DNA from: a bacterium
GTDB lineage: Bacteria > Hinthialibacterota > Hinthialibacteria > Hinthialibacterales > Hinthialibacteraceae
Assembly (NCBI GenBank): GCA_963663405.2
Contig: CAXXSM010000079.1
Span: forward strand, 1-64,000
DNA: 64,000 bases
Direction of reading: 5' to 3'
Shown here: positions 39,597 to 50,132 of the stretch, piece after piece
Position numbering within the stretch: the first letter of the stretch is position 1
Layout: the number at the start of each line of letters is the position of its first letter
The notes under the pieces: model-generated
Seen by the model: only the letters and a program-made list of their open reading frames with translations
The model's database searches: none
Told to the model about the DNA's origin: nothing
Translations under genes and position numbers: made by a program

Positions 39597-40643
39597 ATGA
39601 AACGGCGGACATTTCTTCACTCATTGAACCTTCTCGCGCTCTCAAGCGCTATTCATGGGAAAGCTATATACGCGCAAGATTCGCGGGATGGCAAAATCGT
39701 TACCGTTCTCGGTCCCATCGATCCAGCTGCGTTAGGAACAACCCTTCCACATGAACATGTGTTAGTCGATTTCATCGGCGCGGATCAGATCTCCGAAGGC
39801 CGGTACGACCGGGATGAAGCGTTCGATGTCATCCTCCCGTATTTGAACGAAGCGAAAGGGCATGGCCTTCGCGCGCTCTTTGAATGCACACCCGCTTATT
39901 TGGGACGCGATCCTATTCTCCTGCGGCGCCTGGCTAAAGCGTCCGGACTGCATCTGGTAACAAACACGGGCTATTACGCCGCGATGAAGGAGAAATTCAT
40001 GCCCGCGCACGCCCACAAAGAGACGGCGGATCAACTGGCGGCGCGTTGGATTCAGGAATGGGAAAAAGGGATTGAAAACACGGGCGTATTCCCCGGTTTC
40101 ATCAAAATCGGCGTAGAAACGAAACCGCTGTCCATCATGGACAAAAAACTGGTCCACGCCGCCGCGAAAACCAGCCGCGCGACAGGAATGACCATCGCGG
40201 CCCACACCGGCAACGCCGCCGCGATGGAGGAACTAGAGATTCTCGAAGAAGAAGGCGTCCATCCCAGCGCCTGGATCTGGGTTCACGCCAATCGAGGAGA
40301 TCAAAAAGACGTGCGGCGCGCCGCGGAAAAAGGCGCTTGGATCTCCTTCGATAAAATATCTCCACAATCAATCGCCGACCATGTCAATTTGGTGAAAGAC
40401 ATGAAAGATGACGGCTATCTCAGCCGTGTGATGATTTCACACGACGCGGGATGGTACACACCAGGGGAGCCCCGTGGAGGAAATTATAGGGGCTACAACA
40501 CCGTTTTTGAAGAATTCATTCCGGCTCTGAAAAGCGCTGGTTTAAGTGAGGAAGACATTCACCAGATCATGGTAACCACACCCGCCAACGCGTTCACGAT
40601 CCACAAACAGCTCCATCCCACCGGTACCAAAAAAGATCTATAG
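39597..40643 (+). CDS. Tat-exported phosphotriesterase-family amidohydrolase
   Basis: MKRRTFL; TLPHEH, GFIKIG, AHTG, WVHA and SHDAG metal-ligand motifs. Confidence 0.9.
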   Translation: MKRRTFLHSLNLLALSSAIHGKAIYAQDSRDGKIVTVLGPIDPAALGTTLPHEHVLVDFIGADQISEGRYDRDEAFDVILPYLNEAKGHGLRALFECTPAYLGRDPILLRRLAKASGLHLVTNTGYYAAMKEKFMPAHAHKETADQLAARWIQEWEKGIENTGVFPGFIKIGVETKPLSIMDKKLVHAAAKTSRATGMTIAAHTGNAAAMEELEILEEEGVHPSAWIWVHANRGDQKDVRRAAEKGAWISFDKISPQSIADHVNLVKDMKDDGYLSRVMISHDAGWYTPGEPRGGNYRGYNTVFEEFIPALKSAGLSEEDIHQIMVTTPANAFTIHKQLHPTGTKKDL

Positions 40644-40691
40644 TGTGACGGCGCCGGATTTCTCGGTTTAATCTGTATTAATCCAGTCCGA

Positions 40692-42152
40692 TCAGCTGTC
40701 CCGGTTGAAGACAAAACCAAGCACGTTCGTTCCGGCAAGGGCGACGCGCTTGAATTCATCCCAACTGCGGATGCGTTTCACCCAACGCCAAAGATAACTT
40801 GGCCGCAGGTAAAACTTCCGGTAGATGCGCCGGATGATTTTCCCCATATCCTCGTTGGAGAGATCGGTGAAGAATTGATTGAAGAACGCGTCGGTATGCA
40901 GGCGGCTGATGTCCATCATGCTGCCGTCTCCAATTTCCGGATGCGCGGCTTTCACTTCCTCAAACAACGGCGTTCCTGGATAGGGAGTCGTAATCCCAAA
41001 TGTAATGACCGTCGGTTCGATTTCGAGGATAAATTTGATCGTTCGTTCAATGGTTTCCTTCGTTTCGCCGGGGCTGCCGACCATGCAATGCGCGTGAGTG
41101 TCGATGTCGAATTCGTGACACCATTGGAACGCCTTCCGCGTCTCATCGACTGTGATGTTCTTGTTCACATTATCGAGAATTTCCTGTGCGCCGGATTCCA
41201 CGCCAAACCGTATCAAATGACAACCGGCTTCTTTCATTACTTTCAGCATATCCGGATCGACGTTATTGACGCGGGAACTGCAGATCCACGTCAGATCCAG
41301 TTTCCGTTCTTTGATCCGTTCGCAGATTTCGAAGACGCGTTTTTTAGACGCGGTAAACAATTCGTCGCGGAAAAAGATTTCCCGATATCCGAGATTCTGG
41401 CAAATTTCCATCTCCCGAACAACTTTTTCCGCGCTGATGAAACGCACTTTGTTCCCATAGAAAACGGGTGAGGTGCAATACGTGCACCGGGCCGTGCAGC
41501 CCCGTGTCGTGAACATGGTCGTAAAGGGCATCCGTTTTACGACAGGATTGAAATAATCAATATTTTGTGGAAGCATGGAACGATCGGCGATGGGCAGATC
41601 GTCCAGATTTGGGATCAACGCGGCGGGCGGATTGAGAACCACCTCCCCGTTCTCATCGGTATATCCAATCCCTTTTACGTCTTTATACGCTCCATCCCCT
41701 TTCTCCAACGCGTTCACCAGTTCGACCAAGACGGCTTCCTGTTCGCGTTGAACGGCGAAATCGATTCCCTTGCGGGCGAGGGTGGATTGTGGCATAAAAG
41801 TGGGCTGCGATCCGGTCACGATCGTTTTCATGCCCGGATTCACGGATTTGAGTTCATCCAAGATTTCCGAATCTTCGATCACCGTCATCGTCGAGGTCAA
41901 CATCTGGCAGATATCGTACTTTTCCCGCTTGAAATCTTCTTTGATTTCATCGATCGACATTTGAAGCCCCGCTCCATCCAACAGGCTGGAATCGTGACCG
42001 GCCTCTTTCAACACCGTCGCGACAAGACACTGAGAAACAGGCGGAAATTGAATCCCCGCGATCCGCTTCCCTTTACACCAGCATCCATACACCAGATCGC
42101 GCGCGACATTTTTGCTATGCTTGCTTGGAGGGATTAAAGTAACAATTTTCAT
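40692..42152 (-). CDS. B12-binding domain radical SAM protein
   Basis: TRGCTARCTYC (CxxxCxxC), N-terminal cobalamin-binding-like region, FGVESG, PYPGT. Confidence 0.9.
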   Translation of the reverse strand: MKIVTLIPPSKHSKNVARDLVYGCWCKGKRIAGIQFPPVSQCLVATVLKEAGHDSSLLDGAGLQMSIDEIKEDFKREKYDICQMLTSTMTVIEDSEILDELKSVNPGMKTIVTGSQPTFMPQSTLARKGIDFAVQREQEAVLVELVNALEKGDGAYKDVKGIGYTDENGEVVLNPPAALIPNLDDLPIADRSMLPQNIDYFNPVVKRMPFTTMFTTRGCTARCTYCTSPVFYGNKVRFISAEKVVREMEICQNLGYREIFFRDELFTASKKRVFEICERIKERKLDLTWICSSRVNNVDPDMLKVMKEAGCHLIRFGVESGAQEILDNVNKNITVDETRKAFQWCHEFDIDTHAHCMVGSPGETKETIERTIKFILEIEPTVITFGITTPYPGTPLFEEVKAAHPEIGDGSMMDISRLHTDAFFNQFFTDLSNEDMGKIIRRIYRKFYLRPSYLWRWVKRIRSWDEFKRVALAGTNVLGFVFNRDS

Positions 42153-42582
42153 TACAGTTATACGCCTTTAGAAACGTGATCCCCGGCTCTGGCAGGTGAT
42201 CGCGTTTAGGTTCACCGTTTATATGAAAATGAATTTTATAAACTTGCTCGTTCGAGATTTCTATCACAATTCATTTTCATTTGCAGTTATGATCTCAAAT
42301 CATGATGGTTAAATTGAATTGATAATGATATACGTAAATCGAACGGTTCCGTCACATAAAAATCACGATTATTTTCTCCAAATGGGAAAATAATATCATC
42401 GAAATGGGAAATCTTTTCCATTTATTAAAATCAGAAAGCTGATCCTATATACCCATGATTACACTACTTCGAGAAAAAGACAAGGGAGGGTGTCAAAAAG
42501 ATGGAACGTTTGATCCACAGAAAGGGTACTCCTTAGCTATAGGAAAAGAATGTAGTAATGTTTTCACCAAAAGAACCGGCGC

Positions 42583-43485
42583 TCAATCCTGTCTCGAACG
42601 GCCCTGGGCGACGATCAAATCCGCCAATAATCCCATACACCCGATCAAAACCCCCGCGAGAACGAGAATAATATCGCCCTCCTGCAACGTGCCTTGTTCC
42701 GAAACAAAATCCATGATCCCCCGGACGCAGCCGATCAGAAACAACATCAATCCAACCGGCATAAAAACACGTAGCGGATTGAAATACATCACCATACGTA
42801 TAACGGTAGAAAGGTATTTTCCCGTATCTTTGATAGGATGAAATTTCGATTTCCCGATCCGCTTGTGATATTTTGATGGGATCCACTTCACTGCGTAACC
42901 GTTGCAGAGAAAAGCCAGTGTCATTGTCGTAACGCATGAAAAACCATCCGGGATCACCCAAAGATATTTCATCATCACACTGCGTTTAAACGCTTTCAAG
43001 CCCGTATTCAAATCAGGAATTCGTTGTCCGGATAAATAAATCGCCAACCGGCGAATCAACCATTTCGCAGGCACGCGAAGTAATTTCATCGTCCCTTCCT
43101 CGGACAACCTCTCACCGTTCACTTGGTCCCATTCGGGTAACAATTCCAACATTTTCGGGATATCGGCGGCGGTGTACGTTCCATCAGCGTCCAGCATGAC
43201 GATCAGTTCACCTCTCGCTTCCCGGATTCCCGTTTTCCGGGCGGCGCCGGAACCGCCGTTGATTTGGCGTTTAACGATTCGTACGTTTTTTTCCTGCGCG
43301 ATGGATACGGTCGCGTCTTGGGAACAGTCATCCACCACGAGGATTTCGTAGGCGTAGTCCGTCGAATTCATCGCGGTCCGCACTTCATCGATCACAGGCC
43401 CAATCGCGTCTTCCTCATTGAATGTGGGAAGAACAACGCTGACTTCGACTGGATTTTGGTCATTCGAATGTTCAGGCATAATCAT
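42583..43485 (-). CDS. Glycosyltransferase family 2 (DPM1-like) with C-terminal TMs
   Basis: VVLPTFNE, VVDDCSQD, LDADG, DLNTG. Confidence 0.9.
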   Translation of the reverse strand: MIMPEHSNDQNPVEVSVVLPTFNEEDAIGPVIDEVRTAMNSTDYAYEILVVDDCSQDATVSIAQEKNVRIVKRQINGGSGAARKTGIREARGELIVMLDADGTYTAADIPKMLELLPEWDQVNGERLSEEGTMKLLRVPAKWLIRRLAIYLSGQRIPDLNTGLKAFKRSVMMKYLWVIPDGFSCVTTMTLAFLCNGYAVKWIPSKYHKRIGKSKFHPIKDTGKYLSTVIRMVMYFNPLRVFMPVGLMLFLIGCVRGIMDFVSEQGTLQEGDIILVLAGVLIGCMGLLADLIVAQGRSRQD

Positions 43486-43824
43486 TTATCTCCAATTAGC
43501 ATTGTGCGGCGCGCAGAAAGAAGTTCAAGATCAGGAAGAGCAGGTTTTTCAGTTTTTTATTCTATCCACTTCAACGGCAAAACACATGCAAGATGAAACG
43601 CAGTGTAATCTTATATGTAACGCCTCGATCAATTCCAATCATTTTGCGGACATTGTTTTTCCACCAGTTTTTCTCCATTTCGTTGTACTTGTATATAAAA
43701 ATACTCTGGATAGCGTTATACTAGAATCTTCAAAGGATACAGTCGAATTCATCTTTTATATGCGCTTTACTTATAGTTTGTAGAGAGTTTTTTTTCGAGT
43801 GAACACGCTAGAAAGGAATCCAAA

Positions 43825-45033
43825 ATGGAAAAAAAAGAAACCCGCCGTGAATTTGTCAAAAATACCGCCACCGCTGGATTGGGCATCGCGGCAATGAGTC
43901 AAATCGCGCCTTCTTCGGTTTTAGGCGCAAACGACCGCCTGCGTATTGGAGGCATTGGAACGGGTGACCGTGGCACAGACCGCCTGCGCACCGCCAAGCG
44001 GCTCGGTTGTGAGATTGTCGCTCTATCGGACGTCAATGAAGCGATGTTGGACCGCTGTGATGAACGGTTGGATCAAAAAACAAAACGGTACGTTGATTAT
44101 GGCGATTTATTGGCCCGTGATGACATTGATGGAGTCGTTGTCGCCGCGCCCGATCATTGGCACCACAATATGTTCCTTGACACCCTTAAGGCGAAAAAAG
44201 ACGTTTACATCGAAAAACCTCTCTCCCGCACGATTGAAGAAGGCCAAAACATGGTCAAAATCGCCAACGCTTCCAATCAAATCGTCCAAGTGGGCAACCA
44301 CCGCCGCAGCGGGAAACATTGGGCGATCGCTCATGAAATCGTCGCATCCGGCGCCATCGGCGCGATCCGCTACGTGCGCGCCTGGGATTGCCGGTACCGG
44401 TTGATCGACCCCTACCAGAGACGCGCGGAAGACAAGAATCTCTATAATCCGGAACGAATCGACTGGCAACGCTTTTTAGGAAACGCCCCATCCCGCCCAT
44501 TCGACGCGGAACGATGTTCGGCTTGGCGCTGGTTTTGGGATTACGCGGGAGGGTTAATGACGGATATCGGCCCTCACATGCTCGACGTCGCGATGTGGAT
44601 CACCGAATGCCCCGGCCCCAAGCGAGTGGTCTGCAATGGTGGCAATTACCACTATCCCCGCTGGGAAACGCCCGACAACGTTCACGCCATCCTGGACTGC
44701 TCCACTTACTCCATTGTCTTTGACGTGCAGTTCATGAATGGTTTCGAAGGCGACGGCGCCGCTTTCTACGGTGAAAAAGGAAGCGTCATTCAAGAGCGCG
44801 ACGGGATGTTCCGGCAGTATGACACCGACAACAAAGTCGTGAAAGAATGGAAATACGGTGATGAGGGAACCGCTCATATGCAGAACTTCATGGACTGCAT
44901 CCGGTCGCGGAAAACCGCCAATTCCCCAGCGGATATCGCCCACCGGGTTATCGCTGGCGCGCATTTAGCTAATATCTCCTATCAGACCGGCAAACGAATC
45001 GGCTGGGATCCTCACAAAGAGAAGATTATTTAA
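43825..45033 (+). CDS. Tat-exported Gfo/Idh/MocA oxidoreductase
   Basis: TRREFVK, APDHWH, DVYIEKP, WRWFWDYAGGLMTDIGPH. Confidence 0.92.
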   Translation: MEKKETRREFVKNTATAGLGIAAMSQIAPSSVLGANDRLRIGGIGTGDRGTDRLRTAKRLGCEIVALSDVNEAMLDRCDERLDQKTKRYVDYGDLLARDDIDGVVVAAPDHWHHNMFLDTLKAKKDVYIEKPLSRTIEEGQNMVKIANASNQIVQVGNHRRSGKHWAIAHEIVASGAIGAIRYVRAWDCRYRLIDPYQRRAEDKNLYNPERIDWQRFLGNAPSRPFDAERCSAWRWFWDYAGGLMTDIGPHMLDVAMWITECPGPKRVVCNGGNYHYPRWETPDNVHAILDCSTYSIVFDVQFMNGFEGDGAAFYGEKGSVIQERDGMFRQYDTDNKVVKEWKYGDEGTAHMQNFMDCIRSRKTANSPADIAHRVIAGAHLANISYQTGKRIGWDPHKEKII

Positions 45034-45052
45034 CTGCAGGAGTTATGAAACC

Positions 45053-45409
45053 TTATTCCTCATCCGATTGAAGGGTGTTTTGTAATTCCGTGATCCCTTC
45101 CATGAGAGTATTGATATCGTCTTTGATCGATGTATGGATCGTGACCAAGCTCAATTGGATATGGGCGGCGGCTTTGACGACGGTGTCGATGATTTCCTCA
45201 TGCGGATCTCCATGCCGGAGTTGTTCGATCGCTTCTTCAAGATTTTCTAAAATCATTTTGTTGGTTTCGTACATTTCCGAAAGAGAAGAAAACGACCGGG
45301 AAAAAAAGAGCGGGGATAAATTTTCTTCGTTGACTTTTTCGGAGATCGACTGAATTTCATTTAACATTCCATCCAACATTCTATCACGAAGGAAACGCAC
45401 TTTAGCCAT
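45053..45409 (-). CDS. Hypothetical helical protein
   Basis: 118-aa ORF with GGGAG RBS filling the gap between genes; no recognised motif. Confidence 0.6.
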   Translation of the reverse strand: MAKVRFLRDRMLDGMLNEIQSISEKVNEENLSPLFFSRSFSSLSEMYETNKMILENLEEAIEQLRHGDPHEEIIDTVVKAAAHIQLSLVTIHTSIKDDINTLMEGITELQNTLQSDEE

Positions 45410-45537
45410 AATAAATGTCTCCCATTCTCATAGTCTCAAGAAATTAATACAATCAAAAAGTTGAAATTCGCTTCTTTATTGTACTCAATTTAATCATTGA
45501 AGAATACTCTATTCTTTGGATTTACGTTAAAAAAAGC

Positions 45538-45637
45538 ATATAAACTATCACGATCGAGATCACAACTGCAAATGAAAATGAGTTGCGGGAGTAAATACAA
45601 ACGAGAATGTTTTCGAAACTCATTTTCATATAAAAGG
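45538..45637. repeat. Single copy of the ATGAAAATGAG/CTCATTTTCAT inverted-repeat unit
   Basis: Colinear with 23698-23797; IR arms 45572-45582 and 45619-45629. Confidence 0.85.
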
Positions 45638-45650
45638 CAAAAAAAGTCCA

Positions 45651-46274
45651 ATGGAAAATACTACGATACAGCCGATAAAAAATATTATCTTCGATCTTGG
45701 CGGTGTGCTGATCACCTTCGATCCTCCTGGATTCATCGAAAAAGTGATCGAGCCCGCTGAAGTTCAATCCCGCTGTCACACACTGATCTTTAAAGGCCCT
45801 GAATGGATCGGTATGGATCGCGGGCAACTGACCGCCGAACAGGCCAAACAAGGGATGATCGAACGCGATCCGGAAATGCGGCCCCAAGTGGAGCGCTTTT
45901 TCCAAACCTGGTTCGACATGTTTCATACCATCGATGAAACAGTTCCCATTCTGGAAGAACTGCGCGCAAAAGGATTTCATTTGTATATCCTTTCCAACTA
46001 TATACGCGAGTGTTATGTATACGTCCGGAAAAAGTTCCGTTTCTTCGACTACTTTGAAGGTGAAGTAATCTCTTCCCACGAAGGATACGCCAAACCCGAA
46101 AAAGAGATCTACGAGTGTCTACTACAGAAATACAACTTAAAAGCGGAAGAATGTCTCTTCACCGACGATATGGAGGTCAATGTAGAAGGCGCGCGAGCGG
46201 TGGGAATCAACACGATCCGCTTCCAATCCGCACAGCAGTTTCGTGAGGAATTGAAAAAAAGGGGGATACTTTGA
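45651..46274 (+). CDS. HAD family phosphatase (YihX-like)
   Basis: IFDLGGVL, LSN, KP and FTDD motifs. Confidence 0.92.
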   Translation: MENTTIQPIKNIIFDLGGVLITFDPPGFIEKVIEPAEVQSRCHTLIFKGPEWIGMDRGQLTAEQAKQGMIERDPEMRPQVERFFQTWFDMFHTIDETVPILEELRAKGFHLYILSNYIRECYVYVRKKFRFFDYFEGEVISSHEGYAKPEKEIYECLLQKYNLKAEECLFTDDMEVNVEGARAVGINTIRFQSAQQFREELKKRGIL

Positions 46275-46330
46275 TTCATTGACGGAAATGAAATAGTTGG
46301 GGCGCCAAACACAAAAGAAAGGAATGAGTC

Positions 46331-46643
46331 ATGGAAAAAAGCAAACAAAAGAAGTTGGAACAAGCGGGCTGGAAAGTGGGTGACATTAAGGATTTTCTTA
46401 GACTATCGGATGAAGAAAGCGCTCTGATTGCTAAAACACAAACTCGTACAGCTCGTTCGAGAAACCAGGGCCAATCAAAACATGACTCAACACGCATTAG
46501 CGAAGATCCTTCACTCAAGCCAGTCCCGCATAGCGAAGATTGAAAACAGTTCTCCGGATGTTTCTATCGATCTGATCATGCGGGCGTTATTCGCAATGGG
46601 GGTAACAAATAAGGAGTTGGGGAAAGCGATCATTTCATCTTAA
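46331..46643 (+). CDS. XRE-family HTH (HigA-like antitoxin), frameshifted at ~46430
   Basis: KKLEQAGWKVGDIKDFLRLSDEE N-terminus continues in another frame as LKHKL..MTQHALAKILHSSQSRIAKIE. Confidence 0.75.
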
Positions 46644-46655
46644 CTATCCTATCAA

Positions 46656-49103
46656 TCATCGATTCGGCGTAATCCGCGCTTCGTACCAAAGCGCGTGATC
46701 GCTGGTTGTGTCTCCTTGGGGGCCGGGGCCTGTTTCGAAGGTGAACGAAAGCAGGTGGCGTGAATGTTCGCTCAGGTCAATCTTGCGAATTCTCCAGGTC
46801 CGGTCTTCAGGACGTTCCTGCGGACGAAGCGCATCTTCAAAGAGTAAAAACCGTTTCCCCAGCGCGTGATTTCTCATGTAGAGCCGGTAATCCACACCAT
46901 CGCTGCGATCCACAGCGTTAGGATGGATTCCATACTTAACTACAAGCGATTGATCGAATCCAATCCGAACCGGTGGGATTTCGATACGGTCCACACCCAT
47001 GCCCGGATGCTGCAACACGGAGTAATAGACCAATCCATCGAGATTGATTTTCATCGTCTCGTTGTATCCATCCGGATGTAGATTCCGCTGCAACTCCCCT
47101 GCGAGCGCGCGAGTCAAATCGGTTGTCCACAACGTCTCTGAATAGAGACGCAAGTCTCCCCACTGGAGATCGTGCCCGGTATACGAAAACGTCAGATATT
47201 CAGGCCGTGATCCGGCGTAAATCCAAAACTCCTGCCAGCGTTTGCCTCCCGATTGTGGAACTACTGTGATTCGGCCGAGTTCCGTTTTATTCTGGTTGCG
47301 GACCGTCACACGGACAGGTTTGCCGCTGTGGACATTATGTCCCAATACCCATCCATGCAGCCAGCGCCGTCCTTCTTTCCGAATGGGGGACAAGTCAATA
47401 TGGAGCGCGGATTCTCCAGGCGGGATGACGGCGCCGATGTGTATTTCAACTCCATCATCCATGATTTTTTTCGGTGGAGAGTCGCCATCAGGAGTATGCA
47501 GCAGCCCCATGAGTGAAACATGAGGCGACCAGAGCGATTCCCAAAGCTGTGTGCCCGTCTGTTCGTAGACTTTGGTATAGGATTTATTCAACCGTTCGTA
47601 CAACGGCACGGCGTCAGACGAACGCATTGTGAAAGCGGTTTTGGAATCTCGCTGCGTAATCGCGACGAATTCAGGCCGGTAACGAATCAAAAATTTATCG
47701 GGGAGTGAGACTTTCACCGCATGATAGAAAAAAGCGGTTTCACATCCCGCATAGTAACCCATCGGATCCACACGATTTGTGTACAACAGGGGGCCGCCCA
47801 TCGCCGATCGTCTCTCCTCTTGCAAACAATCCGTCGCGGCGGAACAAATCCGGCCAAGTTGAACTGACGTGAGTAATGGCGTTGTCGTTCGCAGGAAATA
47901 CGTAACAGGAAGGGAAAACACAAGTAGAATGATTGTAAGAATGACCGCTCCCTGCCACCGCAGTCGATCGAGTATCAGGCCATACGCCACACAAAACAAC
48001 GGAGTGAAATAAAAAAGACACCAGAAGTGATTCTGCGATCCACGCGAGAAAATCGCGAGATAGGCGAATGAAAAAGAAGCGAACACAACACACCAATGAT
48101 GCAGCCCTTCCCGGTATTTTTTAGCGTATACAACCCATCCACACCACACCAGAGTTGTCAACGCGAGCGCAGGAGAGCCATAGTGAAAAACACGTTCCAC
48201 CAGTGACGTCCACCATCTCCAATCGGAAAGTATTGGAGGCAGCCGGTACCCGGCGCTGGGCAGAAAGGTTCCCGATTGGACTGTGGCGTGATGCAGAAAA
48301 GTATCCAAGAATCCGATGGAATAGAGAGCGATCGCATACCCGATACTTGCTGTCAAAGCCAATCCCCAAACCAGGTAGACCGGCCGGTAATACGCCTTGC
48401 TTACATCCCGCCGGAACCAGGCAAAAACAAAGAGACATCCCGCAAAAAGGGGATAAGGCCAATCCAGAAGTGTACCCGCCACGGCCAACAATCCCAAACC
48501 AATAAACCGGCTCCAGCGGAAAGAATGATTCAATTCTTCAACCAAAACCGCGGTCCAAATCACACAGGCCACGACGAGTGGTTCAAAATTAACAACTCTG
48601 CCGGAAAAGAAAAACAAGGGAGCGAACGCGTACGCCATCACAACCGCTAACCGCCCATCCGCTGATATCTTTCCGTGTGTCAAACGCCAAAGCCCCCAAA
48701 AAGAAAGAATAAACGAGGCGAGTGGCACAATCCGGCTCGTTTGTTCAGAATCACCGAAGATCCAATAGAGAAACGCGAGGATAAGTTGCAGCAACGGTGG
48801 ATGAATAGGATTGTAATTCGGTTCGGGATCTAAAAATGTAATCGTTGAAATCCCATGCGTTTCCGAAAGACCGGGTTGGAGATGATGCCGTGCGATCATT
48901 TCTTGAAAACCGGTTTCATACGCAAGCATGTAGGGATCTCCAAATCGCCACAACTGCCCTGCGAGAGCGGCGCCAAAAACCAGGATCAACGCGGCTTTCC
49001 GCCACGATGACATATGGTTTCGATCCCGATCGCTTTCACCGGTTCGCAACAATCGAATCAATACATTCTTCACGTCAAATCCTTTTCTGACAACGATGGT
49101 CAA
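46656..49103 (-). CDS. GT-C fold membrane glycosyltransferase (GT39-like) with C-terminal beta-sandwich domains
   Basis: HPPLLQLIL..IFGDSE..SR, many TMs, soluble tail with SDGVDY..W..IDLS..GPGP. Start uncertain. Confidence 0.7.
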   Translation of the reverse strand: MTIVVRKGFDVKNVLIRLLRTGESDRDRNHMSSWRKAALILVFGAALAGQLWRFGDPYMLAYETGFQEMIARHHLQPGLSETHGISTITFLDPEPNYNPIHPPLLQLILAFLYWIFGDSEQTSRIVPLASFILSFWGLWRLTHGKISADGRLAVVMAYAFAPLFFFSGRVVNFEPLVVACVIWTAVLVEELNHSFRWSRFIGLGLLAVAGTLLDWPYPLFAGCLFVFAWFRRDVSKAYYRPVYLVWGLALTASIGYAIALYSIGFLDTFLHHATVQSGTFLPSAGYRLPPILSDWRWWTSLVERVFHYGSPALALTTLVWCGWVVYAKKYREGLHHWCVVFASFSFAYLAIFSRGSQNHFWCLFYFTPLFCVAYGLILDRLRWQGAVILTIILLVFSLPVTYFLRTTTPLLTSVQLGRICSAATDCLQEERRSAMGGPLLYTNRVDPMGYYAGCETAFFYHAVKVSLPDKFLIRYRPEFVAITQRDSKTAFTMRSSDAVPLYERLNKSYTKVYEQTGTQLWESLWSPHVSLMGLLHTPDGDSPPKKIMDDGVEIHIGAVIPPGESALHIDLSPIRKEGRRWLHGWVLGHNVHSGKPVRVTVRNQNKTELGRITVVPQSGGKRWQEFWIYAGSRPEYLTFSYTGHDLQWGDLRLYSETLWTTDLTRALAGELQRNLHPDGYNETMKINLDGLVYYSVLQHPGMGVDRIEIPPVRIGFDQSLVVKYGIHPNAVDRSDGVDYRLYMRNHALGKRFLLFEDALRPQERPEDRTWRIRKIDLSEHSRHLLSFTFETGPGPQGDTTSDHALWYEARITPNR

Positions 49104-49786
49104 TCATTGGATGGAGGCGCGAAATTTCTCGGTTGTGGGATTTCAGAGGTGGGAATTGGGGCGTCTTTCAGCGCGTTATTCAGGGCATCTTGTTTTTCAG
49201 CGACTTGCGCGTTCAGTTCTTCCAAGGCGGATTTTGTTTTTTCCATATTCGCAAGATTAAACGTCTTTTTCTGTGCGATGTCTTCCTGCTGAATCTTCAA
49301 TTCACTCAAATCCTTCATGAGATAATAGCCGGAGATAGCAAGCGTTACAACTAAAAAGAATAGCGCGGCCATTGAAAACTGAAGGACCAGCGAGAGCAGC
49401 ATAAAGACTCCCCCCACAATCCCCAGCAGAACGGAATTAATTCCAGGGATTACACTGGGCTTCAAGGAGGCGTTCTGAAACTCAAGCGTCTCCAACCGTT
49501 CGTTCATATCACTTCGTTTTCGCTTCAGGGATTCGATCTCTTCTTTCAGAGCCTCCGCATCAACAGCGGGTTCCCCCGGGCCGCCTTCTCGATTGACTTG
49601 CCGCTGCGCTTCTTCAATCAATGTATCAAGTTGATCGACATTATAACGGGTTTCCCCGGCGAGAGTATTCAGCGCCTCGATAAAATCTTCTTGCGCCGCG
49701 GATTCAACGGATCTCAGAAGCCCTTCCGGAAAAGAGATCTCGCTGCGGTGCACTTGGAATGCGAGATTGAACGCTGCGCTTTTCAT
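49100..49786 (-). CDS. Hypothetical membrane protein, coiled coil-2TM-coiled coil
   Basis: Heptad-rich segments flank two hydrophobic helices; stop overlaps the next ATG (ATGA). Confidence 0.65.
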   Translation of the reverse strand: MKSAAFNLAFQVHRSEISFPEGLLRSVESAAQEDFIEALNTLAGETRYNVDQLDTLIEEAQRQVNREGGPGEPAVDAEALKEEIESLKRKRSDMNERLETLEFQNASLKPSVIPGINSVLLGIVGGVFMLLSLVLQFSMAALFFLVVTLAISGYYLMKDLSELKIQQEDIAQKKTFNLANMEKTKSALEELNAQVAEKQDALNNALKDAPIPTSEIPQPRNFAPPSND

Positions 49787-50132
49787 TTGTTATCACAGTA
49801 TTGCGGGTTTTGCATTCGCACGTTGATTTAACTTATAACAATACCACAGTTTTTCGAGAAAGGCAAAAAACCAATTTTTCTTGCACGAAATGGTCAATAT
49901 GGTCAATAGACGAAGATGACAATCGTTTCCTATAGATATCGGCCTTGATTCACTTTTTCTATACAACAATCCTTCCGGTTCGCCTCAAAGAATCTTTTTA
50001 TCGCTTCTTCTTTTGAATTTTCAACAAATCATATTACAGCATATATATTTTATACGAAAGAAAAAAATGATAGAAAAGAGAATTGTTTCTGTCATCACTT
50101 GAGAGCATTTGTGTTTTAAGCCTATGGAATTA

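Noticed and set aside
49936-49962. Sigma28 promoter (GCCGATAT on the - strand)
   Set aside because: The -35 TAAA element is poor at 15-nt spacing; too weak to call.
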